This document shows, one piece after another, positions 33,501 through 36,891 of a stretch of DNA of 36,891 nucleotides; position 1 is the stretch's first letter, and each line of letters begins with the position of its first letter. Under the pieces are notes generated by a model. The model had not been told where the DNA came from and made no database searches. It worked only from the letters and a program-made list of their open reading frames with translations. The stretch is from Macrostomum lignano (lineage: Eukaryota). Position numbers and translations under genes: made by a program. The stretch spans positions 1 through 36,891 of the forward strand of contig NIVC01003442.1 of NCBI GenBank assembly GCA_002269645.1, given 5' to 3'.

Positions 33501-35442
33501 TGGCAACCGTTGCTAACCGGCAGCGGAGCGGTTAGCCACGCCGGAATTGCCGGTCACGCTGGCGCCGTGTTTGCCGGGGCCGGCGCCGCCGTCCTGCTGC
33601 TAGTCGAATCCGCCGTCTGCTGGCTTCGCCGACTCTCGGCTGATTCGGAATCGACCAGCGTCAGAATTGGCGGTTTGCACCTGGCTTTGTCGCTAACTGG
33701 CGTTGCTATGCCGTTGCTATGCGGATTGATTGGCTGGCCGCTAATTGGCTCGGTGGCCGAGTTCACCTTAGCAGCTAATTTAGTTGCTCAGAAACAACCG
33801 CCTCAACCTTCGTGCTTTCTGTCCCTGCTACTTGGCTGCCTGTTAACCTTAGCAGGTGTTGCAGTGCTTGCGCTGGTCTTCTGCTTTAGCTTAGCAACCA
33901 CGTCTAGTTTCAATTTTGCTTTGCTGGCCTCGTTGCGCGGACTGGTTGCGCTGGTTGGTTTGGCCGGTCTGGGATTGTCCGTCCGAGCTCTGCTACAGCC
34001 GATCAAAAAGCGAAAAACTATTAGCCGGCATCAAAAGTCCGCTGTAATCATTTATAGCGTTTTGTTATCAACTATGTTGGCTGTTTTAGCCGCTGCGGCG
34101 ATTGCGTCATCGTGTCTGGCGTATTCTCATTCCTCTTGGTCTAACACTCATGTTACTGCCAGTAGTAGCAGCAGTGAAGGCGCTCTGTTAATTGCTGTCG
34201 GCTGTCTGCTGTCTGGCGCGCCGGTTCTTACCGTTTTTGTTTACATTGGCATCAGGAGATTCTGTCAACGCCAACCGGCCTGCGTTAAATTTAATAAACA
34301 GCTGACTAAGGTGGGAAACTGCTAGAATTAGCCTACAGTTTATTGCAATCATTAGCCTACAATTTAGAGCAATCATTAGCCTACAGTTTAGAGCAATCAT
34401 TAGCCTACAGTTTATTGCAATCATTAGCCTACAGTTTAGAGCAATCATTAGCCTACAGTTTATTGCAATCATTAGCCTACAGTTTAGAGCAATCATTAGC
34501 CTACAGTTTAGAGCAATCATTAGCCTACAGTTTAGAGCAATCATTAGCCTACAGTTTAGAGCAATCATTAGCCTACAGTTTAGAGCAATCATTAGCCTAC
34601 AGTTTAGAGCAATCATTAGCCTACAGTTTAGAGCAATCATCAGCCTACAGTTTATTGCAATCATTAGCCTACAATTTAGAGCAATCATTAGCCTACAGTT
34701 TAGAGCAATCATTAGCCTACAGTTTAGAGCAATCATTAGCCTACAGTTTAGAGCAATCATTAGCCTACAGTTTAGAGCAATCATTAGCCTACAGTTTAGA
34801 GCAATCATTAGCCTACAGTTTAGAGCAATCATCAGCCTACAGTTTATTGCAATCATTAGCCTACAATTTAGAGCAATCATTAGCCTACAGTTTAGAGCAA
34901 TCATTAGCCTACAGTTTAGAGCAATCATTAGCCTACAGTTTAGAGCAATCATTAGCCTACAGTTTAGAGCAATCATTAGCCTACAGTTTAGAGCAATCAT
35001 CAGCCTACAGTTTATTGCAATCATTAGCCTACAATTTAGAGCAATCATTAGCCTACAGTTTAGAGCAATCATTAGCCTACAGTTTAGAGCAATCATTAGC
35101 CTACAGTTTAGAGCAATCATTAGCCTACAGTTTAGAGCAATCATTAGCCTACAAACCATATATACTAAGAATAGCTTCTCTATCTATTTATCTACCGCGC
35201 AGCTGGATCCACTTCTCTGCCGTCATGCGGCCCTTGCTGCCTCGGCGTCCACGACCGAGCCGCCGACAACCTCAACTGTCAATCGTCGACAAGCCGACAC
35301 GGATGACGGCGCCGCTGCCTCTGGTGCGGCAAGCTCCGGTAGTCGATGCCCTCGACAACAAGGTGCACGAAAGCGACCACGGAGAAAATCTTATAATTCC
35401 AAAGTTGACACTGAAGGCGAAGAGGCCGTTGCCTTCCTTTGA
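27116..35442 (+). CDS. Divergent SLC4 / band-3 anion-exchanger family protein; exons 27116-27548, 28336-28879, 29362-29654, 30594-31087, 31743-34310, 35203-35442 (4572 nt, ~1523 aa)
   Basis: Splice phases 1,2,1,0,0 all join in frame. AE2/AE3-like motifs: DEEEFANHRQ across junction 1, KSHRFDDLHAMRRHKI, WLETSRW, WSKP, LPVRCLFL, QVGRLFACL, AFLDSAVLMP, GLLTDIQR, LGPSSAALTIE, LLLVES (E681-equivalent), LHLAL and QLTKLD across the last junction. Many hydrophobic helices. Confidence 0.85.
27640..27860. repeat. 35-bp minisatellite (TGATGTTGTGGTAGGTTACTATGTACTTTATCCCC) in SLC4-like intron 1
   Basis: About 6 copies, the central 3 nearly identical. Confidence 0.9.
28336..28879 (+). CDS. SLC4-like exon 2
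   Basis: Acceptor CTCGCGCAG|AT. Open frame HRQREYPH...MAVSRRNRRRR...GAAS. Donor TG|GTGAGG, phase 2. Confidence 0.78.
28890..29220. repeat. Degenerate ~24-25-bp array (TTCCTGATCCCAAC...GGGA) in SLC4-like intron 2
   Basis: About 12 copies sharing CCTGATCCCA. Confidence 0.85.
29362..29654 (+). CDS. SLC4-like exon 3
   Basis: Acceptor ATTTCAG|C. Reads SPMLHRDSVASED...VVKFFVGGDGFSS. Donor G|GTATGT, phase 1. Confidence 0.8.
29695..29878. repeat. 32-bp minisatellite (GATCCCACATCCCAAGCCTATGGGGATTCCCT) in SLC4-like intron 3
   Basis: About 5.5 copies. Confidence 0.92.
29890..30565. repeat. 23-bp minisatellite (CCCAAATCTACAGGATTCCCAAT) in SLC4-like intron 3
   Basis: About 29 copies. Confidence 0.96.
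30594..31087 (+). CDS. SLC4-like exon 4
   Basis: Acceptor TCCTCAG|AT. Contains KSHRFDDLHAMRRHKI. Donor GAG|GTTTGT, phase 0. Confidence 0.85.
31120..31695. repeat. ~31-33-bp G-rich minisatellite (GGGGCTGAGGAAGGGGCGGAGAGGCAGATTTA) in SLC4-like intron 4
   Basis: About 17 copies. Confidence 0.95.
31743..34310 (+). CDS. SLC4-like exon 5 (cytoplasmic core plus membrane domain)
   Basis: Acceptor CTCCAG|ACC (alternative CAG|GTG at 31749). 856 open codons with band-3 cytoplasmic motifs and multiple TM helices. Donor AAG|GTGGGA; the unspliced read-through stops at 34325. Confidence 0.9.
34328..35152. repeat. 24-bp minisatellite (ATTAGCCTACAGTTTAGAGCAATC) in SLC4-like intron 5
   Basis: About 34 copies with higher-order variant blocks. 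Confidence 0.97.
35203..35442 (+). CDS. SLC4-like exon 6
   Basis: Acceptor CCGCGCAG|CTG. Reads LDPLLC...EGEEAVAFL*, completing the SLC4-type 'L..LD' C-terminal motif. Confidence 0.75.
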   Translation: MDPLLCRHAALAASASTTEPPTTSTVNRRQADTDDGAAASGAASSGSRCPRQQGARKRPRRKSYNSKVDTEGEEAVAFL

Positions 35443-35514
35443 TTCACACTGACAGATGATTGACATGATCTGGTATCATTTTGTTTCATTTTTTATAGCT
35501 GTCTTAAACTTTTG

Positions 35515-36695
35515 ATCCCCGTGTGTTTGAGTTTGTGTCCGCCTGACCTCCGTGTGTCTGAGTTTGTGTCCGCCACTGACCTCCGTGTGTTTGAGTTTGT
35601 GTCCGCCACTGACCTCCGTGTGTTTGAGTTTGTGTCCGCCACTGACCTCCGTGTGTCTGAGTTTGTGTCCGCCACTGACCTCCGTGTGTTTGAGTTTGTG
35701 TCCGCCACTGACCTCCGTGTGTCTGAGTTTGTGTCCGCCACTGACCTCCGTGTGTTTGAGTTTGTGTCCGCCACTGACCTCCGTGTGTTTGAGTTTGTGT
35801 CCGCCACTGACCTCCGTGTGTTTGAGTTTGTGTCCGCCACTGACCTCCGTGTGTTTGAGTTTGTGTCCGCCACTGACCTCCGTGTGTTTGAGTTTGTGTC
35901 CGCCACTGACCTCCGTGTGTCTGAGTTTGTGTCCGCCACTGACCTCCGTGTGTCTGAGTTTGTGTCCGCCACTGACCTCCGTGTGTTTGAGTTTGTGTCC
36001 GCCACTGACCTCCGTGTGTTTGAGTTTGTGTCCGCCACTGACCTCCGTGTGTCTGAGTTTGTGTCCGCCACTGACCTCCGTGTGTTTGAGTTTGTGTCCG
36101 CCACTGACCTCCGTGTGTCTGAGTTTGTGTCCGCCACTGACCTCCGTGTGTTTGAGTTTGTGTCCGCCACTGACCTCCGTGTGTCTGAGTTTGTGTCCGC
36201 CACTGACCTCCGTGTGTTTGAGTTTGTGTCCGCCACTGACCTCCGTGTGTCTGAGTTTGTGTCCGCCACTGACCTCCGTGTGTTTGAGTTTGTGTCCGCC
36301 ACTGACCTCCGTGTGTTTGAGTTTGTGTCCGCCACTGACCTCCGTGTGTTTGAGTTTGTGTCCACCACTGACCTCCGTGTGTTTGAGTTTGTGTCCGCCA
36401 CTGACCTCCGTGTGTTTGAGTTTGTGTCCGCCACTGACCTCCGTGTGTCTGAGTTTGTGTCCGCCACTGACCTCCGTGTGTTTGAGTTTGTGTCCGCCAC
36501 TGACCTCCGTGTGTCTGAGTTTGTGTCCGCCACTGACCTCCGTGTGTTTGAGTTTGTGTCCGCCACTGACCTCCGTGTGTTTGAGTTTGTGTCCGCCACT
36601 GACCTCCGTGTGTTTGAGTTTGTGTCCGCCTGACCTCCGTGTGTTTGAGTTTGTGTCCGCCACTGACCTTCGTGTGTTTGAGTTTGTGTCCGCCA
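35515..36695. repeat. 33-bp minisatellite (GTGTGTTTGAGTTTGTGTCCGCCACTGACCTCC) downstream of the SLC4-like stop
   Basis: About 36 near-identical copies with a recurring T/C dimorphism. Confidence 0.97.
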
Positions 36696-36891
36696 CTTTA
36701 AAGAGGAAATGCATGTACATAATATCTATTTCTGTCTCATACGAGTTTTTGTTAAACTGTTGTCTAATAGTGTACAATACGTCGGTTGGGAATTCAGCAA
36801 TTCTTCTTCATATCTGCACTCAGCAACACGTTAAAGTTTCCAACCCGAAATCAGTGGTCAAGTAACTCTTCTCAGACCTCAGCCCTAGGTG

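Noticed and set aside
34188-36865. Long ORFs of 323-437 aa (CRLMIALN, EQSLAYSL, GGHKLKHTEVS, ADTNSNTRRSV, DLRVFEFVSAT, CLSLCPPLTSV repeats)
   Set aside because: They come from 24- and 33-bp units (multiples of 3) with no stop, are open in several frames on both strands at once, and lie in an intron or 3' flank.
36780-36891. DFG and NVLL-like kinase words on the minus strand at the window end
   Set aside because: They fall in different frames with nearby stops; insufficient evidence.

Overview
Eukaryotic (metazoan) genomic DNA; I found no prokaryotic genes, CRISPR arrays or RNA genes. Three spliced genes can be rebuilt by hand. (1) TBC1D5 Rab-GAP on the minus strand, ~228-6250, 6 exons, with reading-frame disruptions in its 3' part. 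(2) Intact Cullin-3 on the minus strand, 11278-17155, 5 exons, ~787 aa. (3) A highly divergent SLC4/band-3-type transporter on the plus strand, 27116-35442, 6 exons, ~1523 aa. All 14 introns carry their own private mini- or microsatellite, many with palindromic cores, and further arrays flank the genes. The AT-rich, CpG-poor intergenic block (~18-27 kb) holds a decayed mariner transposase with a C>T-biased decay pattern, a 2.3-kb non-autonomous hAT element with 8-bp TSDs containing a nested hAT MITE, a long inverted repeat and a dense cluster of TAGGCCTA palindromes. Most long ORFs in the ORF track are artefacts of repeat units whose length is a multiple of 3. The overall style resembles Macrostomum-like flatworm genomes (inference only, not verified). 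Protein comparisons are from my recollection of family sequences, not from database searches.
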